This document shows, one piece after another, positions 31,034 to 45,900 of a stretch of 64,000 nt of DNA. Both the position numbers and the translations under genes were made by a program. This stretch comes from Macrostomum lignano (taxonomy: Eukaryota): contig NIVC01000103.1 in the NCBI GenBank assembly GCA_002269645.1, forward strand, positions 1 through 64,000, read 5' to 3'. Position 1 is the stretch's first letter. Every line of letters begins with the position of its first letter. A model generated the notes under the pieces. The model was not told the DNA's origin. It was given only the letters and a program-made list of their open reading frames with translations, and made no database searches.

Positions 31034-34000
31034 TATATATATATAAAGATTTGTTTAAATGTTTTATTATAAGCCTAAAAACTGTAAAGCTTGAAATCTA
31101 CATTTAAAGAACTTTTCTAGATTTTTTCCACTTAACACTAGCTTGTCTATGTGATTCAATGAAGTGCTTGCCATTTTGTATACTAGTGTTTGACCTGAAA
31201 ATTCTATATACTAACATACCAAGACCAAGACCTAAATATATATCAGGATTCTCAATGAGAGGCAAAAAGATGTCAGAACTTTCTATTTCTAGCATAAGGG
31301 TAACCTTTAGGACTAACTAGCCAAACATCCCCCCTTCGGGGAATCTATGTTCAGGAGTTGTATTTTTAAGTGTTCAGGTTATAAAACAATGTACTTTTAT
31401 CAAGACAGATTTGTAAAAATCCTTATGCTAGTTCAGAATTCTGTTTACAAAAACTTCATTTTTATATAGGCCCAGCAGTAAAGTACATATACAGTTTGTT
31501 TCGTGGAGATAAAAAACAATTTTGGTCTCCCGAAATGGTACCAATTATGAGCTGCATAGAATGCAGTCATATTTGCAAAGGGTGGCTGCAATTAAAACCA
31601 TATTTGTTCTATGCAAGCATAACTATTTTCTTTCTTATGCGTATGCTCGTGTTTAAAATAAAAGGAGAGACAGTAGAGGCGCTTGATTCACTTTTTCTCT
31701 CACCCGCATCTGCAGGCCCAAAGGCATGGCCATTGCTTCGGCTGGGCTGTAGACTACAGCAGCCTAAGCCCAGAAAAAACTGTGCTTCGAGTTCACTTCT
31801 TTGTTATCCGACCTGACCAGAAAGTGCAGGCAATACCCAAAATCCTACCTGTTACACTGATGCTGAATTGATGCAGAAATGAAACCAAATAAAATACTTC
31901 ATATAGGTAAGTAGCATTGCACATAAAAAGTACAAAATTATATTATACTTAGGCAAAAAATCTTCGCATTTAGGTATATTTTAGAATGTTGTAACATTAA
32001 CATAAAGTATTTCATCATAGAAATCATAGAAACTATTTTTTAAATGCTAGCTTTTAAATTTTTTTAAGCCCAAAAAGGTTTTTATTAGATTATTACAAGT
32101 AAATGCAGCAGTAGGATCTTTTAGAAAATACTGCATAAATATATCAATATTTTATCTTTCTACAAATATTATATAAACTAATGACATAATACTCAGAATA
32201 TTGGGCCGAAAATAGTACAAAAAATCCTACTTTTTAAAAAAGTGCACAAATATAAACTGGGTACTTTATCAGAAATGCATAATGCAAAAATCTTGGAAAG
32301 CGCAACGTTAGTTTTCTTAACATTCTTTAGTGGGTACAGAAAGAATTACACCCTAATACAAAACACAATACAAAAATCTTAATTTTTTAACATGATAGAG
32401 CATTATTTTGTGAACCAACAAATGCAAAAATTATTTCTTAAAAAGTGCAATTGTAAAGTATTCTAGTCATACTTTAGTAGGTACAGAAGGCATTACATTG
32501 TACAAAAAATATTACTATTTTTAAAATAAAATTTGGAGTCACATTTTCTATAACACAAAATTTGTAAAGAGGCTGTTGGAAAAGTTTGATGATAGCTGCA
32601 AGTAAATCTATATAACTAAATTTGATCACTACTAAAACAGTTAGCACCTACAAACACTAACCATTGTAGAGATACTTTTATTAAGAAAATTTACATGAAA
32701 ATTTTTAATGCAGCAGTTTATGACCAGCAGTAATTTCCTGTTATGTTTATTTCTTATTTCATATTTCCTATTATGCTTATGAGAGGAATGATTTTTTTCA
32801 CAATTCCATTCAGGACTGGAAACATGATTTTCGGTGATAGTAAGAGTTGTTTTAATGATAAAACTTGATTTTAATTATAAAATATGATATCTATTATAGG
32901 CCTTTAATTCTCCACTATGATCCTATTATAAAAAGTAAACTAAATTATAAAAAGTAAACTTAATAGCAACAATATGAGCTCATTCTTATTTGTATGAGAA
33001 TGTCAATGCACGTTGGCAAAATATATTATATAAAGGGGAAATTAAGTTAAATTTATTTTTCATGTTCATGTTTTTATTTCTTAGAAGCCTTTTGCTTAAA
33101 TAAAAATTGTGATATCCCCTAGATATATTTGACTTAACTTAGCAAAATAAATAAAAGTTAACTTGATTTTATCTTCTACTTACTAAAAATGAGCCTTGTT
33201 AGTTGACCACCTTTTCACTAATTCTTGCTTTTAATGATTTTTGGCAAATTCAGGCAATAGGGAATATTTTTTTCAAAAATTGTAATATCCTGAGATATGT
33301 TTTGTATTTTAACTTAGCAGGACATTGAAATATATTAATTACCAAGGTCAAAGGAAATATTTTACTGTAAATAAAAAATTTTTAATGAAAGGTTTTATTA
33401 TGAAAATGTTTTTGTCTTATATATTAAACTATAATTTGCATTGGCTTGACACACATTTATCATAAAGTAACCTGTCACCAAAATGGATATCACCAAGTTG
33501 ACTGTCACCAAAGTAACCAGTTCCCCATTATTATTATTTGAAAATTGTCTATTGGCACTACTATAAAATATCAATGAAAGTCAAAATAATTATTTGCATT
33601 ATTGCATAAAATAAGCCTAGGAATAGGCTTAAACACAGAATAACAATTGATGGACAAATGACTAATGACATAACATAAGATATTATTAGGTCGAGAACCT
33701 AGAAGTATAGTTTTTATTATATTTGAATATAGACAGGATAGCATAACAGCATAGATAGAAAATTAAATGACAAATAGGCCCAACTCAAAATAAAAAGCTA
33801 GCGTAAGCTTAAGCTCATCTCATCTAAATTCCGAAGTTATCCATTGCTTATATTTCTCCAATGGTTTAGAAAATGGGCAATAGACATTTCCCAGCTGGCA
33901 ATATGACAAAAGAGCTGATGCTAGGCCTACCACTAATGCGATTCGGTGTCAGCGGCTATCCTGTAGTTAATATTAACTATCCTATGTAGACCATGTTCTT

Positions 34001-35700
34001 TCTCTTTAGGCCCACGCTTATAATTATATATCCTAATCATATTTTTAAATTATCCTAATTATAACTGAATGTTGCTTTTTTATACTGTAAAAACGAACTA
34101 ATGTTAATGTACGTCTGAAAGTAGTAATTCATTTTCATATATGAGTGCGTTTCTTACATTTTGAGCATTTGAATAGTCGCTAACTAAATAACTAAAACAA
34201 ACTTCGCAATTTTTTTACTAATGCTGCAAATATGCAAAATTTATAAATTAAGGCATATAACTAAGCTGCCTTTTTTACATTTTTATCTGTCTGCTTTCAA
34301 AAAATCGATGCTAGGCCTTAAGTAACTAACTTAACAAAAGCAACGTTAAGTCAAAGATTTTAATAATAACTTAAAACTGACTAATTTTTACAGTATTTGC
34401 ATAATAATTTGCTTCTTTTTTAAAGAAGGAGACTGCCTTTTTTGGGTTACAATGAAACCTAATTTGTTATTCTGGTTATTGAATTTCTGACTGAAGTTCA
34501 ATTTGATTCAATTTCTATGAAATGTCAAATAATCTTAACTGGTTAGGCAAAAAGTTATCTTCGTTTTTTCATCAATTTACTTTTTTGTTAGACATAGGGT
34601 GATATCTGAGTTTTTAAAGAGTTGTTCAAATTCAAAATTTAAATTTAGTTTGGTAAAATATAACTAACAATATTATCTTATTTCGCTTCAGCTTATTGAA
34701 AATTGGGTGGGCCAAGAGTCCGAAGACTAAGTTTTTAAGAAAGTTTTATAGTTTTAGGCCTGCTAAAATTAAATTTAGTTTTGTAAAACGTCTTCAGTAA
34801 TTCTAGTTTTTTTGTTCTTAGTTGTTTAGTTAGTTGTTTTGACGCATTCTCTTCCAAAACGTGTTCTGGGTCACACAGCCTATTGAATTTCTTTAATATA
34901 ATATAAATTTTAAAGTGAAGATCAAGTGAAAAAATGAATGGCACGTTTCAAAATGATATGAGACTTTGGCCAAAAATTGTTGTTATCAACTGGGTAAAAA
35001 GTAAGTACAATGTCAAATTAGAATATAAATACTTTAGCAAAGATAAAAATACATGGAATCATATCCATATGAACATATTTTTAATATAGCACATATTAAC
35101 TTTAAGACATATACATATTGCATTGCATAGTATTTGAGTGAATGGCAGTTTTGCAGACCAAATCATCAAGTTGCTCAAAATTTTTGCATGGCTATACTAA
35201 AAGAAAAACATTTTAGTATATTCGTAATAGTGTGTCCTAAAATAGTAAAAATGTGAAATATTCAAATCCAAAGTTAGTTATCAATCTATGTTTTAATATG
35301 TACATAGTAAAAGTCAAAACAAAAGTTGAATTATGTCACATTTGCAAGATTTTCAAGACTCAAAATATATTCTTTTAAGATAATTAAACTTTGATTTATA
35401 TTTGAGATGATAAGCCTAATTAGTATCTTAGTAGGCCTATTTATACTATGGCGAAATCCAAAAATTGGGGGCAAGTTTTATGAAAATTTGTTTTTTGGCA
35501 ATCTTAAAGCAATAAAGCTATAAAATAAATTTATTTAAGTTTTTAAAAGGTAAAAACGTCTATGAAAGCACAAATTATTTATGTACAGCTTTATTTTTAA
35601 TAAAATGATTTGTTACAATGGTAAGTTTAATTACGACCTAAAATGACTCTAATGAAAATGATATAAAAGCTATAATAATGTATTTTAATAACTTTAACTA

Positions 35701-36524
35701 CAAGGGGTGTCCCAAAAGTTCCCGGAATGTCTAACGTAGCTCTTCAACAGAGCCATGAAATTTCACGCCCATGGTGTCAAATGAAAGGAAATTTTGTCAC
35801 AAAGAATACAAAGTTAAAATCATGTTGATATCTTTTTTTATTCAAGAGCTACAGCAAGAAACTTGCGCAAAGGTCAGGGGTAGTGTTACACAACCTCAAC
35901 AATCTATGGCAATAATTTTTTCAACTCCATTTTTGGAGTTTTTCATTTTGAATTCATTCATAGCAGACTGGCCATCTCTAAAGCGTTCAATCCATCCATA
36001 AATTGCAGTTTTTTTCAGGCTGTTCTCACCATGGGTGGAGAATAAGTGGTCAGAAATCTTGGCTCCACTCCATCCTACTGACCAAAGGGCAAAAACTTGA
36101 CTTCGCTGACTTTCAAGGCTCTGAAGAGAACTCATTTTCGCAAAGAAATTTCAAGTTGAAAGCAAGCGCTTGGTACGAATTATCTGCACTCGCGCAAAAG
36201 CTCAGATTAGCTTTATGAGCATTTCTGCTTTTTTCCATAGACACTACCACGTCTTTCTGACATGTCAGTAGCACGAATTCAAAATGAAAAACTCCTGGAG
36301 ATGAAAAAATTATTGCCATAGATTGTTGAGGTTGTGTAACACTACCCCTGACCTTTGCGCAAGTTTCTTGCTGTAGCTCTTGAATAAAAAAAGATATCAA
36401 CATGATTTTAACTTTGTATTCTTTGTGACAAAATTTCCTTTCATTTGACACCATGGGCGTGAAATTTCATGGCTCTGTTGAAGAGCTATGTTAGACATTC
36501 CGGGAACTTTTGGGACACCCCTTG
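35701..36524. mobile_element. mariner-derived foldback MITE: ~255-bp TIRs, TA TSD, internal transposase HTH remnant
   Basis: TA|CAAGGGGTGTCCCAAAAGTTCC...GGAACTTTTGGGACACCCCTTG|TA. Minus-strand 35896-36135 reads RSQVFALWSVG...ISDHLFSTHGENSLKKTAIYGWIERFRDG, like a mariner N-terminal HTH. Confidence 0.9.
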
Positions 36525-36690
36525 TATCTTATAATGTTACACTCTATAATTCTACATTTAACATTTTTAAGGGTTTATTTATTTATCACTTTCATTACTC
36601 TTGACAATGTGTATTTTGTAGAGTTCGTTTGCAATAAATTGTGTTCAACATAAGTTTATTATTTAAACATACAAATTCCTGTAAGGATCA

Positions 36691-37008
36691 GAAAATTGCA
36701 TTTTACTCAGCTTCTATCAAAGCAATTTGGAAAATTCTTTTTTTCCTGCATACATGCTGCAATGATACATGTTTTAGTGTAATTTCATTGTTCTTTGTCG
36801 CTTAATGAGCATACAGTAAGCATCTGATTTGAAAACCGGGTAACACATTGGAATTCCCATAAGAATTGGAAAATTGCATTTCACTCAGCTTCTACAAAGC
36901 GATTTGGAAAATTCTTTTTTTCCTGCATACATGCCGCAATGATACATGTTTTAGTGTAATTTCATTGTTCTTTGTTGCCTAATAAGCATATAGGAAGCAT
37001 TTGATTTG
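36691..37008. repeat. ~180-bp tandem duplication
   Basis: GAAAATTGCATTT.ACTCAGCTTCTA... occurs at 36691 and 36869. Confidence 0.85.
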
Positions 37009-38989
37009 GATGCCAGGTTCACATTTTGTGGTACCATTTTTTTACCCAAATTTTTTTAAGTCTAAATATAAGCATGATACAAACACTAATACTATGCAAG
37101 TTGATATTTAAATGAAAGAAAACAACTTAAAGATTATTTTGCAACAAGGAATTAGCGATATATTTACTTTTAGAGAAAGATGTTTGTTGGCAAACTTTGC
37201 ACTTTAAATTTGTATGAATTTTTGCAAGTTTATATGGTTTTAGAAAAACTTTGAAATCCTTAGAAATACTTCATCTTTTTGAATAGAATAAAAAGTAAAA
37301 CACAGATTACTTTCTATTTTGTAAGTAGTAAAAAATTAGCCTTCTCTAAGGCCTACAAGTCTTAAAATTAATTGTTTAATAATGAAAAAAGTGAAACAAA
37401 AAATTACAAATTGGTCAACTCGGACTTTTAAAATGCTTTTTTGTGGTTTCTTCTTATTTATTGAACAATAAATAATGCATGAAAACAATAGTTTTTATCC
37501 AGAACTATTTTTTTAAAGACCTATCTATCTTTTAAAAACCTTTTTTAGATACATTATTTTCCATTGAATGTCGGCAGATTTGTTTTACTGTTTTATCCCA
37601 CATTTTTGGATTTTGCCCTATTCTATCTATCAAGTTATCAATGCTAATTTTATTAGTTGTTTATTATATTTTATATAATTTTTTTATTTTGAGTTTGTTA
37701 CCAACTTGATATATATATATATAAAATATAAAAATTAAAATATCATAGTTATTAATCTTGACTTTTTTCTTAAGATTTCAAAACTAGGATCAAGATTAAG
37801 AAAATTTCTTGATGATTAAGATTAAGATTAACATTGAGATTGTCATCTTATCTGTCTATCTAACCCATAGTCCAGATCATGGCAAATATATAACAAAGTA
37901 ATAAAATTATAGTTATGTTAGTCTAATCTATACCAATATAAATTGAAAATTATGCTAAGCATAAAGTTGCTTTTATTATATGCAACTGTTAAGAAAGTTT
38001 CTAATTTATATAGAGTTTTTTGGGCAAACTTGTACGTATATGCCAAGTACACAAAAAAATGAAAATATGACTATCACATGCCAAAATTTCAAAATTATGC
38101 ATGCAAACTTACTTTTGCACTATAATAATAAACAACATTTTTATATTGCAACAATCAAGGACCTTTTTCCTATGTATGTTTGATTTTTACATATACATTA
38201 TAACAAAATAAGTGTTGTGTCTATTACTACTTTAAAATAGCATGCAATTACACAAAGTTTTAATACCTAAATTCTTTCAAGTGGCACTATTATATTCAAA
38301 TTATTTTTTGTTTGCACTCTTATCACATTTTAATGACTATCTTTTTCTTTGAAACATTGTACCTTTTGTTTCAAAAACTGGAAGATACTTATACCTATTT
38401 TCAAATAGCTCTATATACCACTTTTTGTATATCAAATACAACTTTTTAAAACTTAAACATGCCAAATAAATATATACCAATGAACTATGAAGGACTAATG
38501 CATGCCAGAAAATTCTGGCATATGGGACTCTTTCTTGACTATGGATTATATGTCAACTTATTTAAAGAATATATATTTTTAGAAATAAGAACTTTATTTA
38601 AATTTAATGTTTCTTATTTGTACACCAACTCAAAACATTAATGTTGAACCAAAAAAAATTTATTCAAGTTTATGTCAAGATATCAAGATAAGCAAAGGCA
38701 AAAATATGCGAGAATTTTCTTGCATAAGAGCCATTTAGACTATGGTATCTAACCACTAACTTTTAGACAAACACTTATAAACAAAGCTTATTCATTTACA
38801 TTTATTTGATATTCTAGGGCCTAGTAAACTTATTGATAAGTAACTTAGTAATTATGTTATTGTTTACTGTAGCTAGAAAAAAATCTTTTGCTTTGTAAAC
38901 CAAGGGTAAATGATTTTTTGTAGGTGTTTTATTCAAAAATAATAAAAAGTTTGTAACTTTTGTAAACAACCTTTTTGTAAGATTAGACC

Positions 38990-39287
38990 CATACATGCCC
39001 AACACCTGTCTGACCCATCCAAACTAGATGGGTGAAATGGCCACTAGCCAAGGTAAGTTGCAAAATCAAAGATGTGAAAAACAAAAAATTGGGAGAAGAA
39101 AGAAAGGAGAGGAAAAGAAAAGGAAAAGGAAGGAGGGAGAAGAGAGAGAAGGGAAAGAGGAAAGAGAAAGAGAAAGTGAAAAAAGAGAAAAAGCCAATAT
39201 AAGTCATATACAAAGTGAAAATTAAGTCACAATCAAGAGGAAGTAAGTTGCACCGGATAGGTGAAATTTTGAGGTTGGGCATGTATG
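38990..39287. mobile_element. hAT-like MITE, TIR CATACATGCCCAAC, 8-bp TSD ATTAGACC
   Basis: Perfect 14-bp TIR and perfect 8-bp flanking duplication. Confidence 0.85.
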
Positions 39288-39345
39288 ATTAGACCCCTAT
39301 GCACTAGTGTATTTTTAACTTATATACCATATACATAGCCTAGAT

Positions 39346-39613
39346 CATACATGCGCAACCCCCCTGATTTACACTGTCCATGCAACTTACTTTTTGACCA
39401 AAAATGTGACTTACCTGTAAAAGAAACCCTAAAGAAAAATTAAACCGCAGAAGTAATTATGACTGTCTCATCAGGCCTAAATGCCTCGGCATCTAATTAG
39501 TTACTATTGTACATCCATATTCTTTGGGGTGGGCATTTTTGTGACTTACCCCTGGTCCACCACAATTTACAGTGGCCAGATCGGCCAGGTCGGCCAGCAG
39601 TTGCGCATGTATG
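39346..39613. mobile_element. hAT-like MITE, TIR CATACATGCGCAAC, 8-bp TSD GCCTAGAT
   Basis: Perfect 14-bp TIR and perfect 8-bp flanking duplication. Confidence 0.85.
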
Positions 39614-40119
39614 GCCTAGATCATAATAAGCATTCATAGTCTAGATAGTGTAGTATGGTACATCAGTATAGAGAGTGCAGTATAGTATATATATCTATAT
39701 GTTTACTATTACTGTTTTAATAAACAAAATTAATATCGATAGTTTATACTTTGAAAGTAAAATCTCTTTAACTTTAGGGATTTCTAGTGTTACTATCTAA
39801 GAGTAAACTATAAAACTTATTCTCCTATAGCTTCTTGTATGGTCTTTGATTTTAAAGTTGTCTAACCATTTTCAAAATTTTCTTTGCCACTTAATACATA
39901 ATCATGTTTTAAGAATAATTAAAGGCCTTTGGAATTCTTATTAGCCTAGTGTATGTTTTAGAAAATATAGCTATTAAGCTCTTGTTTTATATATGTTAAT
40001 TTTAGGCTTATAGCAATATAATTTTTGCACTTCTAAATAATACAATTTTATGTTGCATGATTTGATAAATGTATCTTTTTATTTTAACAATAATTCAAGC
40101 CTCACTTTCTTTTATGTAG

Positions 40120-42468
40120 ACTTGGATCCTAGCTTTGCGGAGTATATGCACATATTTATTGAGCGTGGAATTACTGGTGAGCAACTATTGAACATGACTC
40201 ACGATGACCTGGTGCAACTTGGCATTGACAAGGTTGGGCCTCAGGCCATCTTACTAGAGGCTGTGGACTCTGTTAAACGACTGGTAATGAACTTGCATTG
40301 GCGTACTTAAATCAGATATGAAAATATTGGATATCATAGTATCAAAAAGCTCTCAAATTGAATCTCAAACTTTAAAGTCCCCCAAACTCAATATCAAACT
40401 TCAACCCCCCTCCCCAAACTCAATCTCAAACTTCAAACCCCCCCCCCCAAACTCAATCTCAAACTTCAACCCCCCTCATTCTCAAGCTTCAACCCCCCTC
40501 ATTCTCAAGCTTCACCCCCCAAACTCAGTCTCAAACTTCACCACCCAAACTCAATCTCAAACTTCAACCCCCCTCATTCTCAAGCTTCAACCCCCTCATT
40601 CTCAAGCTTCACTCCCCAAACTCAATCTCAAACTTCAACCCCCCTTCAATCTCAAACTTCAACCCACCCCAAAACTCAATCTCAAACTTCAACCCCCCCA
40701 AACTCAATCTCAAACTTCAACCCCCCCCCCAAATTCAATCTCAAACTTCAACCCCCCCCCCCCAAATTCAATCTCAAACTTCAACCCCCCCCCAAACTCA
40801 ATCTCAAACGTCAAACCCAAACTCAATCTCAAACGTCAACCCCCTCCCCCCAAAACTCAATCTCAAACTTCATCCCCCAAAACTCAAATTTCAAACTTCA
40901 GCCCCCCCCCCAAACTCAAATTTCAAACTTCAACCCACCCCAAAACTCAATCTCCAATTTCAACCCCCCCCCTCAATCTCAAACTTCAACCCCCCCCCCC
41001 CCCCCAAACTCAATCTCAAACTTCAACCCCCAAAACTCAATCTCAAAATTGAAATTAAAATTAAATTTGAAAATCACTTTCAATCATTCACACCCATTTG
41101 ATTTCAGAACTCATCCTACATGGAAGCTGACACTCTCCAGCTGCACATTTATCAGCTTTCTGTGGCTGCCAACTGTCTAGTGCAAAGTATTCAGGTATGT
41201 TAAAAAATCGACTTTAACATTTAATATAGACTTACTATTCCTCTTAATAGTAATATGCCTCAATCTGATGCACCCCATAGGCATACATCACGCTGATCAA
41301 CCAGATAGACTCAAACCCCATGGAGCGGGCTCTCTACGAGCACGACAAAGGTCGCTACCAGTTGGACTTTTTCACCGCTCTAGTTGAGCTGGTCGAAGCT
41401 GCTAAAGAGGCCGTCTCTTGGCTATGCAGGGTGCCATTCTATAGTTCATTGGATACTGAGACTGTGAGACTGCTGCACAGCATACAGCAGTCTATTGGGA
41501 ATATTGTGTCAGCTTTTCCCAATTATTCTGATTCGCATCAGGGCAAAGCGTTGCAGGACATTAAAGAGCAGGTAAGATTCTGTGCTTGAATTTATTGAGA
41601 TCCTGTTCTGGGGATCCCCATTCTGGGTTAAAGATTCTGAATATCCCATTCTCTGAGTTGCTGAGATCCCATTCTCTGAATTGCTGAGATCCCCCTTCTC
41701 TGAGTTGCTGAGATCCCCTTCTCTGAGTTGCTGAGATCCCCCTTCTCTGAGTTGCTGAGATCCCCCTTCTCTGAGTTGCTGAGATCCCATTCTCTGAATT
41801 GCTGAGATCCCCCTTCTCTGAGTTGCTGAGATCCCCTTCTCTGAGTTGCTGAGATCCCCCTTCTCTGAGTTGCTAAGACCCCCCTTCTCTGAGTTGCTGA
41901 GATCCCCCTTCTCTGAGTTGCTGAGATCCCATTCTCTGAGTTGCTGAGATCCCATTCTCCGAGTTGCTGAGATTCCCTTCTATGAGTTGCTGAGATCCCC
42001 CTTCTCTGAGTTGCTAAGATCCCCATTTCTAAGTTGCTGAGATCCCCATCTCTAAGTTGCTGAGATCCTCTACTCTGAGTTGCTGAGATCCCCTTCGCTG
42101 AGTTCCGGGTATCCCTCTCTGAAATCTCTATAAGCTCCACAGTACTATAACTCTAACATTCTGATCTTCCTGTCATTGCAAAATATAAAATCTCTTTTCG
42201 CAGAGTCTAAAGTTGAACACAACCTGTGAAAAGTACGTTACCGGCTTTAAAGATCCTCTGGCTGTTGTGCCGTGCCAGCTGGAGCTGGTGCACATAAAGA
42301 GGAACCCAGGCGACAATAAGTGGGTGAGTTTTCGGTGCTTATTGAATTTCGTTGAGTTTTCCCTGCTTCTGCGCTTTGCATGTATCTGTTGTTCGTATGG
42401 AACAGGCTAACAAGCTAACAAGGACACAGTGAAAAATTAAATAGATAGATAGACAGACAGACAGACAC

Positions 42469-42539
<71 letters not shown>

Positions 42540-42620
42540 CACAGACAGACAGACAGACAGACACTAAGACAGACACACAGACAGACAGACAGACAGACAG
42601 ACAGGCAGGCAGACAGATAC

Positions 42621-42686
<66 letters not shown>

Positions 42687-42695
42687 GGCAGGCAC

Positions 42696-42794
<99 letters not shown>

Positions 42795-42829
42795 GGCAGG
42801 CACACAGACAGACAGACAGACAGACAGAC

Positions 42830-42874
<45 letters not shown>

Positions 42875-42883
42875 GGCAGGCAC

Positions 42884-42920
<37 letters not shown>

Positions 42921-45900
42921 TAGACAGCTGTATGCCGCATCAATCCACAGTGGCTATCAAAACGCAAGTTATAAATTTGCCAGCAAACAAACAAAGGGTC
43001 TCTTCGACTTTGAAGAAGAAGACTTCGAGGCGACAGCAACAACAGACGATGATGAGGCAGACAGCGATCACAGCAGGGAGCCCGCGGCCGCAGACTATAG
43101 GATGGGCTTCGTTGCAGATTTCCGATTGAGACAGGCAGCCTTGCAGCAGAAGCAGCAGCAGCAGTTGCCAGTTGCTTCCGCTGCCCGACCAACGGCGGCA
43201 CAGCAGATTGGCATCTGCGAGTCGGCCCTGCCCTGCGTTGGTGTTTTCATAGCAGCTTTGGGGACTGAAATGATTCGAATAAAATCATTAATTAAAATAT
43301 TAATGAATTGGTTGCCAGTCTCGATTTAATGCTGTTTTAGAGAACATAATTTCCAATTCAATAGTGCAGAGAATTCACGATTATGATTCTTATTTTGCTA
43401 TTTATGCGTCAATGCTAGCGGCGCGCTCGCTTTATAATTTCTTATCACGCCTAATTCATAGTCAAGTCAGATAATTTCCCATCCTCGAAGATTCTAAAAT
43501 CTGATTCGAAAAATCCTCCACCCTAGATCCTCAGCTTGATCCTCAGATCCCCAAATCGATCCCAGGTCCCAAAAATTGCTTCAGATTCCCAAATCGATCC
43601 CAGATCCCTAAATCGATCCCTGATACCCAAGTCGATCCCAGATCCCTAAATCGATCCTAAATCCCCATTCGATCACAGATCCCAAAAAATAATCCCAGAC
43701 GCCAAATCGATCCTAAATCACAAATCGATCCCATATCCCCAAATCGATCCCAAATCCCCAAATCGATCCCAGATCTTCAAATCAATCCCAGATCCCCAAA
43801 TCGATCCCAAATCCCCAAATTGATCCCAGATCCCCAAATTAATCCCAGATCCCAAATCGATCCCAAATCCTCAAATCGATCCCAGTCCCCAAATTGATCC
43901 CAGATCTTAAAATCGATCCCAGATCCCCAAATCGTTCCCAGATCCCCAAATCGTTCCCAGATCCCCAAATCGATCCCAAATCCCCAAATTGATCCCAGAT
44001 CCCCAAATCGATCCCAGATCCCTAATCGACTTCAAATCCTCAAATCGATCCCAGATCCCCAAATTGATCCCAGATCCCCAAATTGATCCCAGATCCCCAA
44101 ATCGATCCCAGATCCCAAATCGACCCCAGATCCCAAATCGACCCCAAATCCCCAAATCAATCCCAGATCCCCAAATCGATCCCAGATCCCAAATCGATCC
44201 CAGATCCCAAATCGATCCCAGATCCCCAAATTGATCCCAAATCCCCAAATCGATCCCAGATCCCAAATCGATCCCAGAGCCAAATCGCATGACCCAATAC
44301 CCTCGCATTCGCAGGGCATCACTCTCCTCACCCTGAACAACAGCCTGGCTACCCACGTCATTTCGGAAGTGACCAACGAGTCCGCAGTTTACGGTAATCT
44401 AATTCAGAAAGGCGACGAAGTTCTCGCCGTCGCCGATCAGCCAGTTGTCTGCCTGCCTCATCAGTGCGTATCCAGCATCATCGAGCAGACGCCCGGGGTT
44501 CTGCAGCTGGTGCTGCGCAAACGGCCCTGCTATTCAGAGTCGCGGCAGGGTCGGCCGGGCGGCCGCAAGCAGCGACCACCGAAGTTTAAACGCAGCTCCA
44601 AGAAGAGGACCCAGGCCGAGGCTGCTGCTGCCGCAGCTGCCGTGTCGGCCGCTGTGCCGTCTCGCCTGATTCTGGGCCCCGCTGGAGTCGACAGGCAGTT
44701 TAGTGGCTCCTCAGGGCACCCGATGGCTACGCATATGGAGCACGATGAGTCCGTGCTCACCGTCTGTGAGTGTCAGCTTTTTATGCTTCCGAGATACTTT
44801 GATATCCTCAGTTTCTGGGCCAGCCTCCGTGATCCTCAGTTGCTGGGCCAGCCTCCGTGATCCTCAGTTGCTGGGCCAGCCTCCTAGATCCTCAGTTGCT
44901 GGGCCAGCCTCCTAGATCCTCAGTTGCTGGGCCAGCCTCCTAGATCCTCAATTGGTGGGCCAGCCTCCGTGATCCTCAGTTGCTGGGCCAGCCTCCCAGA
45001 GTGTCAGTTGCTGGGTCAGCCTCCCAGATCCTCAGTTGCTGGGACAGCCTCCCAGATCCTCAGTTGCTGGGCCAGCCTCCCAGATCCTCAGTTGCTGGGC
45101 CAGCCTCCCAGATCCTCAGTTGCTGGGCCAGCCTCCCAGATCCCCAGTTTCTGGGCCAGCCTCCCAGATCTTGAGTTGCTGGGTCAGCCTCCCAGATCTT
45201 GAGTTGCTGGGTCAGCCTCCCAGATCTTGAGTTGCTGGGTCAGCCTCACAGATCTTGAGTTGCTGGGTCAGCCTCCCAGATCCTCAGTTGCTGGGTCAGC
45301 CTCCCAGATCTTGAGTTGCTGGGTCAGCCTCCCAGATCTTGAGTTGCTGGGTCAGCCTCCCAGATCTTGAGTTGCTGGGTCAGCCTCCCAGATCCTCAGT
45401 TGCTGAGCCAGTCTCCCAGATCCTCAGTTGCTGGGCCAGCCTCCTCCCAGAGTGTCAGTTGCTGGGCCAGCCTCTTGGATACATTTTTGCACACACGGCA
45501 GCAAACAGTTTCGCAAATAAATATCCAGCTTCTAAGATAGAGTGCGTTGCAGTGCATAGCATGAGCAATAATTGTAGGGAATGCCAAGGCCGGGGTTCAT
45601 TAACAAACGCTTCACGTCTTTCCGGTTCACTGGCTGCCTGCCTGTTGAAAGAAAACAGACCATAAACATCAAGCCGTAGTGATACATCTAAGTTGAATTT
45701 CTAATTTTAGTACATGTAATAAGTAGATGTAGGTACAAACCCATGCGCAGAAAGGTAGACTCAGAGAAATGGAATGTAAAAAAATGCTAGGAATTTTTAT
45801 TGCTCCGCTTTTGCGTGTCTTAATTCTTTAAAAATAGCAATTCAAGTACCACTTTCAATAGATGAGAGATAAGTGCGCATATGGCTTTCCAAAATTAATC

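Noticed and set aside
40318-41052. 244-aa Pro-rich ORF
   Set aside because: C-rich intronic minisatellite inside CNK.
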